Shown one piece after another: positions 1-8,885 of a stretch of DNA of 64,000 nt. Location of the stretch: positions 160,001-224,000 of the IMG/VR virus record IMGVR_UViG_3300027804_002812; one strand, 5' to 3'. A program made the translations under genes and the position numbers. Source of the DNA: a virus (Duplodnaviria; Caudoviricetes). Within the stretch, counting starts at the first letter, position 1; every line of letters begins with the position of its first letter. The notes beneath the pieces were generated by a model, which worked only from the letters and a program-made list of their open reading frames with translations, had not been told where the DNA came from and did no database searches.

Positions 1-1115
1 TTATTACTTTTTGATAATGCCAATGTTTTAAGTTGTTCACTTGTTAGAATTGTTGTCGCTCTACTAATGAAATTCAGAGTTGGATTGAATGTTCCAACAG
101 AATTGTTTTCAAAGACAGATACACCATCTTTTACGAACTGTGCGGTTTCATTACTTTCCAAACTTAAGCCACCTTTCATCCATCCCCAAACTACGCTATT
201 CTTCATTGTGAATTGGGTAGCTCTTCTAAATCTCAATCCTAAGTTGTGGTTAGCCAATGCTGAAGATGTATTTGGTCCAACCAAAATCATATTGAAAAGT
301 TTTGGGTGTGTGTAAGGTTGTGCTGCGGATCCTGTTCCATCATTATCACATTCCACACCATTTCCAGCGTCACCACTATCGACAAATTGAGGGTCTCTTT
401 TTGCCACTCCGTTTGTAATCATCCCTGTATAACCAAAGTCAAAGTCGAAATCATCATCTGCGGTTGCAAATGCGTAAAGATTTTTACCATTTACGGTTCC
501 ACCAAAGAATTCGAATGCGTCATCGTTAGCATATATTGTTTGAATGTTTTCAAGAATTGTTCCGTTTCCTACACCACCTAAAGTAAGTGCGTTGATTTCA
601 GAATTCGGCATCGCTGCGATTCCTGCATATTCAATTCTAACGAATCTCAATACACCACTATTATCAGAATCATTTGTTCCACCATAAGGTCTTCCAATAC
701 CACCTTCGATTGTAGGTTCAGAAGAACGGTTTGTCTTCGCTCTACCTAAAATTACTATACCACCCCAATCACCAGGAGATCGTTGTCCCTCAGGTCTCCC
801 AGACGTAAATACAATAGGTTTGGATTGGGTTCCTTCCGCAATAATTTGGGAACCTCTTTCAATACATAACGCTCCCTTCTCGGCAACATCAGAAACTATG
901 GTAGTTCCAGGTTGGATAATAAGTTTTGCTCCATCGGTTACATAAACATATCCTTTAAGTGTCCAAACTTTGTCAGATGTCAAAGTTGTTGTCGTGTTTA
1001 TGTTTCCTGTAAGTGTTGTGGTAGCTGGGACATTCACTGGTCCTTCTCCTCCACCTAAATCTCTATCACAGCTGAAGAGACCTAATGCAATCATAATTGT
1101 TAATAGTTTTTTCAT
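1..1115 (-). CDS. Lipoprotein partner of the TonB-dependent receptor (beta-helix-like); partial, runs off the left edge
   Basis: Missing from the ORF track because no stop lies in the window. Manual translation from ATG 1115: MKKLLTIMIALGLFSC (lipobox)...GDWGGIVILGRA...DNSGVLRFVRIEYAG...NDDAFEFFGGTV. ATGA overlap with the receptor stop. Confidence 0.85.
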   Translation of the reverse strand, partial: MKKLLTIMIALGLFSCDRDLGGGEGPVNVPATTTLTGNINTTTTLTSDKVWTLKGYVYVTDGAKLIIQPGTTIVSDVAEKGALCIERGSQIIAEGTQSKPIVFTSGRPEGQRSPGDWGGIVILGRAKTNRSSEPTIEGGIGRPYGGTNDSDNSGVLRFVRIEYAGIAAMPNSEINALTLGGVGNGTILENIQTIYANDDAFEFFGGTVNGKNLYAFATADDDFDFDFGYTGMITNGVAKRDPQFVDSGDAGNGVECDNDGTGSAAQPYTHPKLFNMILVGPNTSSALANHNLGLRFRRATQFTMKNSVVWGWMKGGLSLESNETAQFVKDGVSVFENNSVGTFNPTLNFISRATTILTSEQLKTLALSKSN

Positions 1116-3598
1116 AAATTTAGATTTAAGGTTAATGAAACTATTGTTTCGTTATTTGTGTTTATTAAATTACGGTTTGAAATTCTTTGATAGTTTATTG
1201 ATGGTTGTGCAAAAATGTCTGATATTGCCAATTTCAATTCTCCCTTTGGAAGTTTGTGTAAGAAAGTAATATCCAAAACATCTCTACTATTTTCGAATAT
1301 GTCAGGATAACCCTGAAATCCGACAGCGGAAATCCTTTCTCCAATTCTATTGTAGGTTAGATTAAGTGTATTATTTTTCTTGTTGATGTTTACACCTGAA
1401 TTAACAACATAGTTTGATTGTCCTTGTAATTGTCTTTTTACACCATTTACATCAACCTCAGAATTCATAACTGAAGCGTTTGTGTAAAAATCAAACCATC
1501 CATTTATTCTTTTTCTAACTTCCATTTCAACACCATATACAAGAGCGGATTCAGGATTTGAATAAGTTAAAAGTAAGTTGGATGGGACTGACCCATCGGC
1601 AACAACTTGTTCGATTGGGTTTACGAAATTCTTACCAAAAAATGAGAGAGAAATATTTTCTGTGTTTGAAGGATATAATTCGTATTTCAAATCAACATTG
1701 TATATGTCGGTTTTTTTCAAGTTGGAGTTTCCTAATATTTGTGCGTTTCTAACAAAGTCATAATATGCGAAGTTCGCAACTTCTCTGAACTCTGGTCTTG
1801 CCAAGGTCTTACTCAAAGAGAATCTATATTTTGTCTTCTCCAAGTTATAAGAAAGGTTCAATGATGGAAGAATATCCAAATATGTTCTATCCACATTCAC
1901 CTTTTGACCACTGAAATCTGCGGTCTCCACATCAAACAAGTTGTATTCACCTCTTACACCTGTATTGATTTTCCATTTTCCGATTTCGTTCTCATACATC
2001 GTATAAAGATTACCCAAATCAAAGTCAGCGGTATATCTGTCTGTATTGTTGGTTATTTCATCCAATAAATCCGTTGTTTGATATCTGAAAACTCTTGCAT
2101 TAAATCCTCGAATCTTTTTCAGATAACCTCCACCAACTTCAAATTTACCCAAATCTTTTTTCAAGTTTCCGTTGAATGAATTTTCATCCATAACGCTCCA
2201 AAATCTGTAGGTGTCTCTCCATGCCGTTGCAAATGGTTCATTCACACCTAATGATTTGGTGATTGGGTTAATTCTATAATCAGGTTGTTCTCTGAAGATA
2301 TAGTTATATCCGAAATTGAAATCAAAAGTTTCAATATTACCATCAACCTGTGAGTTGATTACCACGTTATTGATATGGTTTGACGCATTACTCAACACAT
2401 CTTGTACGTTGTCAAAGTTTTGTCCTTCTCTTGTTAGGTATGAACTTTCCTTTTGGAAGTTTGCCAATGTTTTCCAACTATATTTGTTTTTACCCAAATA
2501 AGTTAAGTTTAATAATCCATTTGTGGAGAATCTCTGGGTGTATAATCTATCGTTATAGTCATATGCCAATTCAGTGGAAGATTGATAATCCTTTCTCTCA
2601 ATGTTGTTGAGAGTATATGAGTTTCTAATTGTTGAACTGAATAATGAATTGAATTTGTTTTTCACATAACCAAATGAAACTCCTCCATTTAAGTTTGGTA
2701 TGGATTGAAACCCATTTTCAGTTGGGTTTCCTATTTGTTTGGTGAATAGTCGTTTGTCTCCATTACCACTTATTCTGTATTTGTAAGTGGAAGGAAAGGT
2801 TGACGGAAATGGGATCGATTCCACCAGTTTGAAGCCTTGGAAAGTCGAGACAGATCCGATTCCCGTCCCCAAGCTTACGTCCAAAAAATTGTCGGACACC
2901 TCCTTTGTCGATACTTGAACCAATCCTCCACTCCAATCACCAGGTTGGTTTGCCGAAAATGATTTGGAGACCATAATATTATCAATCAAAGAAGTTGGGA
3001 TAATATCAAATGAGAATGCCCGTCTATCAGGCTCTGTGGATGGTAAAGGTGTCTGATTTAATAATGCCGAATTATATCTATCGGCAAGTCCTCGAACCAA
3101 AACAAATTTGTCATTCTGAATTGTGACACCACTTACTCGTTTCAATGCGTCACCCAAATTTCTATCGGGGGTCTTCTTTATGAATTCTATTGATAATCCA
3201 TCGGATACGACAATATTATTTCGTATAGATTTCATAACCGATATATCTGTGACTTTTTGAGCAGTTCCTCTCACAAGTACCTCATTTAACTCTGTATCAG
3301 TTTGTTCGAAAAGGATATCAAAGATTGTAACCGTGGTTACAGTAATAGTGGTTACGAAATCTTTATATCCGATGTATGTTCCTTTTACTTCATAAGTTCC
3401 TTCTTTCAAAGTTATACTGTACTTGGCGTTTTCATCAGAAATTGTTGTGAACTTATTACCATCAGTATCTTGAAATGTTACGTGTGCAAAGTAAATGTCT
3501 TCAGTTTTTGATTTTGTTGTCCCATTGATGGTTATTTCCTTTTGTTGTGAAAACAAGGTCAATGGAAATAGGAGTAAAAAAATTAGTGTCCTAATCAT
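1112..3598 (-). CDS. TonB-dependent outer-membrane receptor, Bacteroidota type
   Basis: Signal peptide, N-terminal carboxypeptidase-regulatory-like domain, plug motifs (DALKRVSGVTI, VRGLADRYN, FSFDIIP), barrel motifs (ILPSLNLSY, ARPEFRE, GNSNLK). Confidence 0.92.
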   Translation of the reverse strand: MIRTLIFLLLFPLTLFSQQKEITINGTTKSKTEDIYFAHVTFQDTDGNKFTTISDENAKYSITLKEGTYEVKGTYIGYKDFVTTITVTTVTIFDILFEQTDTELNEVLVRGTAQKVTDISVMKSIRNNIVVSDGLSIEFIKKTPDRNLGDALKRVSGVTIQNDKFVLVRGLADRYNSALLNQTPLPSTEPDRRAFSFDIIPTSLIDNIMVSKSFSANQPGDWSGGLVQVSTKEVSDNFLDVSLGTGIGSVSTFQGFKLVESIPFPSTFPSTYKYRISGNGDKRLFTKQIGNPTENGFQSIPNLNGGVSFGYVKNKFNSLFSSTIRNSYTLNNIERKDYQSSTELAYDYNDRLYTQRFSTNGLLNLTYLGKNKYSWKTLANFQKESSYLTREGQNFDNVQDVLSNASNHINNVVINSQVDGNIETFDFNFGYNYIFREQPDYRINPITKSLGVNEPFATAWRDTYRFWSVMDENSFNGNLKKDLGKFEVGGGYLKKIRGFNARVFRYQTTDLLDEITNNTDRYTADFDLGNLYTMYENEIGKWKINTGVRGEYNLFDVETADFSGQKVNVDRTYLDILPSLNLSYNLEKTKYRFSLSKTLARPEFREVANFAYYDFVRNAQILGNSNLKKTDIYNVDLKYELYPSNTENISLSFFGKNFVNPIEQVVADGSVPSNLLLTYSNPESALVYGVEMEVRKRINGWFDFYTNASVMNSEVDVNGVKRQLQGQSNYVVNSGVNINKKNNTLNLTYNRIGERISAVGFQGYPDIFENSRDVLDITFLHKLPKGELKLAISDIFAQPSINYQRISNRNLINTNNETIVSLTLNLNL

Positions 3599-3738
3599 AT
3601 ATAATTTTTATCAACAATAATTAGGATGACCATTCCGTTAATACCCAAAATGAATATTATTAAACGGCTAAGTTGTTGTTAACAAAAAATTCTTGGACTT
3701 CATGCTGTTATCAGGGAATTTTTATTTATATTTACAAA

Positions 3739-4086
3739 ATGGATATAGCCAAAATATTACTCGCCACCCTGTTTATGACTTTAGGACAAATTGGGTCTTT
3801 TATGCAACTTCAAGGTTCAATCAAATATGGTTGGTCAGAAAAATACCTTTGGTTACTCTTACTATCAGGAATCCCTATCAGTTACCTCTACATTAAATCT
3901 GTCAATCTTTACGTACAAGGATTTGGGGGTCAAATTTGGCCTAGCAGATTGGTTGGGTTTGCATTGGGAGTTGTAATATTCACAATATTGTCTTCAGTTC
4001 TTTTTCAAGAACACTTAAACCTCAAAACGGTCATAAGTTTAATTCTTGCGTTCACAATTGTTGGAATTCAAATATTTTGGAAATGA
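3739..4086 (+). CDS. Small membrane protein (DMT/EamA-like, about 4 TM)
   Basis: Hydrophobic ORF; start moved to ATG 3739. Confidence 0.6.
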   Translation: MDIAKILLATLFMTLGQIGSFMQLQGSIKYGWSEKYLWLLLLSGIPISYLYIKSVNLYVQGFGGQIWPSRLVGFALGVVIFTILSSVLFQEHLNLKTVISLILAFTIVGIQIFWK

Positions 4087-4685
4087 AAGTTATATTTTTA
4101 GATAACGATGGAGTTATCTGTTTAAGTAATAACTGGGGGTCTCGCCTCAAAAAGCAAAAAAAACTGGGTAACAAACCGGTATTTAATCATGAATTACCAG
4201 TTGAATATCGCTTTGATAACTTTGATATCAAAGCAGTCAAGGTGTTGAATAAAATCTTGGAACAAACAGGCGCCGAAATTGTAGTAAGTTCTGATTGGAG
4301 ATTGTACGCATCATTAGAGGAATTAGGAGAATACTACACATCTAAAGGTATCATCAAAAAACCAATCGGATTCACCGAAGTGTTTCATTACACAGATTGG
4401 TTAAATGAAGGTCGTGTTCCGTCTGATTTTGATTGGAATAGGACCGATGGTCGAGAACAAGAAAGACACTTTGAGATTAAAGATTGGTTGAAATCACACC
4501 CCGAAGTTACACATTGGGTGGCCATTGATGACCTTCACATGGGCATCCACGTTGAAGCGAGTAGTTACGGTTCATACGACAGAGATTGGGGATTGGAAAA
4601 CTTTGTATGGACACCTCAAAGTGATGAAGGTATTAAACAAAGTGGGATAAAAGATAAAATAATAAAATACTTATCAAATGATTGA
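4083..4685 (+). CDS. HAD-family phosphatase, Swiss-Army-knife RNA-repair type
   Basis: VIFLDNDGVI, IVVSSDWR and WVAIDD motifs. Confidence 0.8.
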   Translation: MKVIFLDNDGVICLSNNWGSRLKKQKKLGNKPVFNHELPVEYRFDNFDIKAVKVLNKILEQTGAEIVVSSDWRLYASLEELGEYYTSKGIIKKPIGFTEVFHYTDWLNEGRVPSDFDWNRTDGREQERHFEIKDWLKSHPEVTHWVAIDDLHMGIHVEASSYGSYDRDWGLENFVWTPQSDEGIKQSGIKDKIIKYLSND

Positions 4686-4869
4686 TTTACAAAAAATATT
4701 AGAAGAAGAAGGTGAAGTTCGTAAATTCGGTGGAGTAGCTCCCGAAGGTTTTGTTTTAGTCCATGAAAAAACTCTTGAATCTTTGAAAGATTTCAACACA
4801 TGGAAAATGTGGAAACATAATGAAATTACCATAAAAGAATTAAACAAAAATAACTTTACTAATAGTTAA
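4678..4869 (+). CDS. Hypothetical protein
   Basis: Coupled ORF in operon. Confidence 0.6.
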   Translation: MIDLQKILEEEGEVRKFGGVAPEGFVLVHEKTLESLKDFNTWKMWKHNEITIKELNKNNFTNS

Positions 4870-4875
4870 AAATAT

Positions 4876-5211
4876 ATGATAGATTTTATTAAAATTTCCC
4901 CAAAAAGACATTTGTTAAAAACAATAAGCTATAGAGTCTTAAGTAGTGTTATTGGTTTTTTGGTGATGTGGCTTTTTTTCGGAATAATGGTTGGGATTTC
5001 ATTCAGTTTATTTGAACTACTTTGGAAACCATTACAATATTATTTCCACGAAAGAATATGGTACCGATACATAAAGTACGGTGTCACAAAAGTTGAAGAT
5101 CCAATTAAACCTGATTTACGTATTATGGACTCCATGTCAACTGTAGGAGTTTCAAATACTGTAACAACCACAGGACCGAAAAGATTAGTTTATACAAAGA
5201 AGACCGAATAA
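4876..5211 (+). CDS. DUF2061-like membrane protein
   Basis: RHLLKTISYR...YYFHERIW motif. Confidence 0.7.
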   Translation: MIDFIKISPKRHLLKTISYRVLSSVIGFLVMWLFFGIMVGISFSLFELLWKPLQYYFHERIWYRYIKYGVTKVEDPIKPDLRIMDSMSTVGVSNTVTTTGPKRLVYTKKTE

Positions 5212-5228
5212 CTCGGTCTTTTTTTTTG
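5196..5228 (+). terminator. Intrinsic terminator
   Basis: agaccgaataactcggtct hairpin followed by a T-run. Confidence 0.7.
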
Positions 5229-5246
5229 TCCTGATATTTATTTAGT

Positions 5247-5954
5247 ATGAGTATCGAAAAAAACATATCAAGATTATTTGAAGAAATTGAAAAATCGGAA
5301 AAACTTATATCGGAATCTATCATTCTAAGTGAGTCATCTACATTCTCACCTCCTTTGAATAAACTTCGAGTATCCTCCCCTTTTGGACCAAGATGGGGAA
5401 GTCATCACGATGGGGTTGATTTAGATGCCGTTGATGAGCCTGTTAAATCTCTTGCAGATGGGGTTGTAATTGCGACTCATGCCGACAAATACCCTTGTGG
5501 AGGTACTATAATGATTAAACATTCAGATGGTTATACCACAGGTTTTTGTCATATGCAAAAAATAAACGTGAAAGTAGGACAAGAAGTTAAAAAAGGAGAT
5601 GTAATCGGAATTAGTGGGGGTGGAGAAGGTGATCCAGGTAAAGGTAGAAGTACCGGAAAACACTTACACTTATCGATAAGAAAAGACGGAAAACCATTGG
5701 ATCCGATGGATTATATAGATAAAGAGGGAGTATTAGTTGGTACAGTACCTTTATCACCAACATCAGGTACAGACATTGCAACCATTCCAACTTCAAGTTC
5801 GGATAGTCAAGGTACCGTACCGGAATTCGGAATTGCTGACTTTGATTTCTTAACGGGAAATGTAAAAGGGAATATTGCAGATTTTGATTTTATTAAAGGA
5901 ATCAAAGAACGAAAAATCACAGAAAATATAAAAAGGATAAAAAAATTGTTATAA
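5247..5954 (+). CDS. M23 family peptidase (peptidoglycan endopeptidase)
   Basis: HDGVD, GFCHM and STGKHLHL zinc motifs. Confidence 0.9.
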   Translation: MSIEKNISRLFEEIEKSEKLISESIILSESSTFSPPLNKLRVSSPFGPRWGSHHDGVDLDAVDEPVKSLADGVVIATHADKYPCGGTIMIKHSDGYTTGFCHMQKINVKVGQEVKKGDVIGISGGGEGDPGKGRSTGKHLHLSIRKDGKPLDPMDYIDKEGVLVGTVPLSPTSGTDIATIPTSSSDSQGTVPEFGIADFDFLTGNVKGNIADFDFIKGIKERKITENIKRIKKLL

Positions 5955-5986
5955 AAAAACCCACCATAAGGTGGGTCTTTTTTTTG
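5953..5986. terminator. Bidirectional intrinsic terminator
   Basis: aaaaaaacccaccataaggtgggtctttttttt between convergent genes. Confidence 0.8.
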
Positions 5987-5999
5987 GGTTAGGTTGAGA

Positions 6000-6185
6000 T
6001 TACTTTACCTCTACGGCTTCAACTTCTTCAACTGCTACTGTGTCAGCAACTTCTACCGCTACTGAATCTACCGCTACTGAATCAACTGCAACTGAATCAG
6101 TTGCAACAGTTTCAACTGCTTTACCTCCACAAGATGCAAGAATCATGGTAGAAAGGATTGCGAATACTACTAAACTTTTTTTCAT
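6000..6185 (-). CDS. Small acidic lipoprotein with DSVAV repeats
   Basis: MKK...LASC lipobox; DSVAV x3 and DTVAV. Confidence 0.8.
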   Translation of the reverse strand: MKKSLVVFAILSTMILASCGGKAVETVATDSVAVDSVAVDSVAVEVADTVAVEEVEAVEVK

Positions 6186-6282
6186 TTTTTTTGTGTTTTT
6201 GTTTTTTAATTTAATTTACGAACTATAAATATACGAAAGTTTCTCGAGGTCGTCAAATATTTTAGATTTTTTTGCAGAATAT

Positions 6283-6621
6283 TTAATTCATAATCTGTAA
6301 AAAAATATAAGAAAGTTTGTATCCCGTAAATGCCCCAAGAGCAGACGGTATTGGAAATACAATCAATTTCCCCAAATCTGTCACATATTTAGGTCTATTA
6401 ACAATTTTACCCATAAAGAAATAATAAGTCAAATAACCTATTAAAACCGCCAAATCAGTTTCAGTTGCAATGAAGACAACTAAAGTTGCCGCAATGAATC
6501 CAAAGATAAAATTATCTCGAACACCCTCCCAAATTTCATAAGAACTTGCGTCCTTATATTCTTTTACAATTTTATTGAATTTAGCCTTGTTGCCAATTCT
6601 TTTTTTCACTTGAATTTCCAT
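6283..6621 (-). CDS. Hypothetical membrane protein
   Basis: ORF with hydrophobic segments. Confidence 0.65.
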   Translation of the reverse strand: MEIQVKKRIGNKAKFNKIVKEYKDASSYEIWEGVRDNFIFGFIAATLVVFIATETDLAVLIGYLTYYFFMGKIVNRPKYVTDLGKLIVFPIPSALGAFTGYKLSYIFLQIMN

Positions 6622-6622
6622 G

Positions 6623-6696
6623 TTGGAATAGGTGGACTCGAACCACCAACCTTTCGCGTATCAGACGAATGCTCTAACCAATTGAGCTATATTCCA
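6623..6696 (-). tRNA. tRNA-Ile(GAT)
   Basis: Cloverleaf: TGGAATA/TATTCCA acceptor, loop CT-GAT-AC, TTCGAGT T-loop. Confidence 0.92.
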
Positions 6697-6701
6697 TTAT
6701 G

Positions 6702-6852
6702 CTGTAAGAGATGGATTCGAACCACCACGAGGAGATTCAACAAATAACATATCGCCGGCCGGCTGGTGGTCTACCCCCTCATATTATTTGTCTATTTCTA
6801 ATTCCCCACCCCCGAGACAGGAGGGCTTGTCTGCCAATTTCAACACCTTACA
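6702..6852 (-). ncRNA. Giant tRNA-like RNA (GTC anticodon, about 80-nt variable region)
   Basis: TGTAAGG/TCTTACA acceptor with G73, class II D-arm, CCCTC-CTGTCTC-GGGGG arm, canonical T-arm. Confidence 0.75.
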
Positions 6853-6857
6853 AAAAG

Positions 6858-6942
6858 CAGAGAGTATTGGATTCGAACCAATGCATCCCTTTCGAGATGA
6901 CAGATTAGCAATCTGCTCCTTTAACCACTCAGGCAACTCTCT
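6858..6942 (-). tRNA. tRNA-Ser(GCT)
   Basis: Cloverleaf with long variable arm, loop TT-GCT-AA, G73. Confidence 0.92.
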
Positions 6943-6946
6943 ATTG

Positions 6947-7017
6947 TTATCCTACAAGGATTCGAACCTCGAACGACTGAACCAAAATCAGTAGTGTTAC
7001 CGTTACACCATAGGATA
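6947..7017 (-). tRNA. tRNA-Gln(TTG)
   Basis: TATCCTA/TAGGATA acceptor, loop TT-TTG-GT. Confidence 0.9.
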
Positions 7018-7098
7018 GTTTAGACAGACCTTAGGAGACGTATTATTCTCTTCATTATCCTTGTACTTTAACACCGTGGGAAGCGTGTGTCTGTCTTG

Positions 7099-7180
7099 TG
7101 GGAACGATAGGACTCGAACCTATGAACTCCGAAGAGAGGAGATTTACAGTCTCCGGCAATTGCCGCTATGCGACGTTCCC
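7099..7180 (-). tRNA. tRNA-Tyr(GTA)
   Basis: GGGAACG/CGTTCCC acceptor, loop CT-GTA-AA, long variable arm. Confidence 0.92.
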
Positions 7181-7313
7181 AAAATAAGGAAAGGAGAAGA
7201 TGGTTCCGTGGACATCTCCTTTTACGATTGGCGTTACTACGATGATTCCAAACTCCAAATGTACCACCTCCATCATCAGGTTAACATACATTCCTTCCCC
7301 AATCAACCTTTAG

Positions 7314-7386
7314 CACAGGAGGAGAGAATCGAACTCCCGACAACTGGTTTTGGAGACCAGTGCTCTTCCATCTGAGCTACTCCTGT
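7314..7386 (-). tRNA. tRNA-Trp(CCA)
   Basis: ACAGGAG/CTCCTGT acceptor, loop CT-CCA-AA, G73. Confidence 0.92.
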
Positions 7387-7397
7387 ATTCAACAAAG

Positions 7398-8027
7398 TTA
7401 AATAAATTTGTTCATCAAATTTAACTCTTTTATCAAATCTTTACAATAAAATTTATGACCATTTTCGGACCAATGTCCATCAGATATACGTCCATTTGTT
7501 TCTTCTTTGATGGTTTGATACTTTTGAAATAAACCATTTTGATTCCACCTCCAAATATGTAAAATCATATCTTTCATTACAAATTTTATCATATTCTCCC
7601 AAGCCATACGTTCTTCCTCTATTCCTTTATTCGGATCACGATGTTCTCCCGTAACCCTATTTAGAAGCAAGTTGAGAATAGAATCACTATCAATCCCCCC
7701 CCAATCAATTTGTTCCATCACATTGAATGATCTCCACTCACCATTCTCATCAGTTATTCGAATTCTTGGTTCAGGTGCCCATCCAACAAAAACAATATCA
7801 TTCGGTTTTATTTCTGTAATATTTTCACAAAAAGATTGGAGTATTGAATAGTTATCCCATCCTCCTTGAGCAAAATTTTTGTAATCATATCCCAATTCTT
7901 CAGAAACCAATTTCCCCCATGATTTTGGGAAATATCCTTTCAAATCCTTGTAAAGTTCGAAATTACCAATTCGGTTATTTTCGAAATCCACAGAAAATGA
8001 ATCACCGAATACCCATACTGTTTTCAT
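7398..8027 (-). CDS. SGNH/GDSL-like hydrolase or acyltransferase
   Basis: FGDSF, GGWDN and DGHWSENGH motifs. Confidence 0.65.
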   Translation of the reverse strand: MKTVWVFGDSFSVDFENNRIGNFELYKDLKGYFPKSWGKLVSEELGYDYKNFAQGGWDNYSILQSFCENITEIKPNDIVFVGWAPEPRIRITDENGEWRSFNVMEQIDWGGIDSDSILNLLLNRVTGEHRDPNKGIEEERMAWENMIKFVMKDMILHIWRWNQNGLFQKYQTIKEETNGRISDGHWSENGHKFYCKDLIKELNLMNKFI

Positions 8028-8031
8028 GTGT

Positions 8032-8448
8032 TTATTTTTTCAACAACCAAGACGAAGATTGGATTTTATCGCCAAGTCCATCAATCAACTTAATCCCTAA
8101 CCAATCACATATGTGTCTCTCAGGGATGCTATTGTTAGTTTGGTCTCCACCATTGGCGAATAAGTATTCATCCTCTCTATCCCCCAAAGTATAAATCGTT
8201 TCGAGTGTTTTACAAACAGTTCTATCTGTATCTATGGAGGGGAAAACTCTATCAACCATTTTCAAATTTTGGACGATAAACATTCTCTCATCTTCACTCT
8301 GAAACTCTTTACTACCTTTCAACTCTCTCTGTTTGTCGTTATTGACGATAACATAGAGTTTATCACCATGTTCTTTGGACTTATTGAAATATTCAATATG
8401 TCCCTTATGAACAGGATTAAAATAACCGCTTACAATTACAATTTTCAT
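8032..8448 (-). CDS. Cytidylyltransferase-like nucleotidyltransferase (TagD/RfaE-II type)
   Basis: SGYFNPVHKGH (HxGH), FANGGD, KIQSSS. Confidence 0.85.
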   Translation of the reverse strand: MKIVIVSGYFNPVHKGHIEYFNKSKEHGDKLYVIVNNDKQRELKGSKEFQSEDERMFIVQNLKMVDRVFPSIDTDRTVCKTLETIYTLGDREDEYLFANGGDQTNNSIPERHICDWLGIKLIDGLGDKIQSSSWLLKK

Positions 8449-8464
8449 ATTCTAAAATTAAATG

Positions 8465-8538
8465 AGGTCAGAATCGGATTCGAACCGATGGATACTTGTT
8501 TTGCAGACAAGCCCCTTAAGCCACTTGGGTATCTGACC
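8465..8538 (-). tRNA. tRNA-Cys(GCA)
   Basis: GGTCAGA/TCTGACC acceptor, U73, loop CT-GCA-AA. Confidence 0.92.
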
Positions 8539-8547
8539 ATTTATAAT

Positions 8548-8615
8548 GTGTCAGGACGGGTTTCTAACCCGCTCCTCAGTTAACTACTGTGTGCTGCCAT
8601 TTACACCACCTGACT
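8548..8615 (-). ncRNA. Minimal tRNA-like RNA (AGTCAGG family, no anticodon loop)
   Basis: AGTCAGG/CCTGACA ends, GCGGG-TTAGAAA-CCCGT T-like arm, 4-bp CAGT/ACTG hairpin with 5-nt loop. Confidence 0.6.
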
Positions 8616-8680
8616 AAATTTAGATTTCTAAAACTCATCCTCGAAAGGGTAAAGAAACTCCATCTTATTTGTTTTTTGCG

Positions 8681-8801
8681 TAGTCAGGACAGGATTCGAA
8701 CCTGTACGAAGAGTATGTGTGTCTCTTCTCCTATGGGTTTACCTCAAGGGTTTCCACCTGCCATCGCACGTTGTAGCGTCTACCAATTTCGCCACCTGAC
8801 T
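8681..8801 (-). ncRNA. tRNA-like RNA (AGTCAGG family) with replaced anticodon/variable region
   Basis: AGTCAGGTGGCGAAATTGGTAGACGC...ACAGGTTCGAATCCTGTCCTGACTA. Confidence 0.8.
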
Positions 8802-8885
8802 ATATTAGGTTAGAGGCTGTTAACCATAAGGTCGTACGAAACATCACTTGTACTTCGTGTCAGGGAATTTCCCATACCTCTAAAG

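Noticed and set aside
67-1269. Plus-strand ORFs 67-315, 306-581 and 970-1269
   Set aside because: Antisense shadows of the minus-strand lipoprotein and TBDR.
7230-7285. Hammerhead ribozyme (CTGATGA on the minus strand)
   Set aside because: There is no correctly placed GAAA, and TGATGAT simply pairs with ATCATCG.
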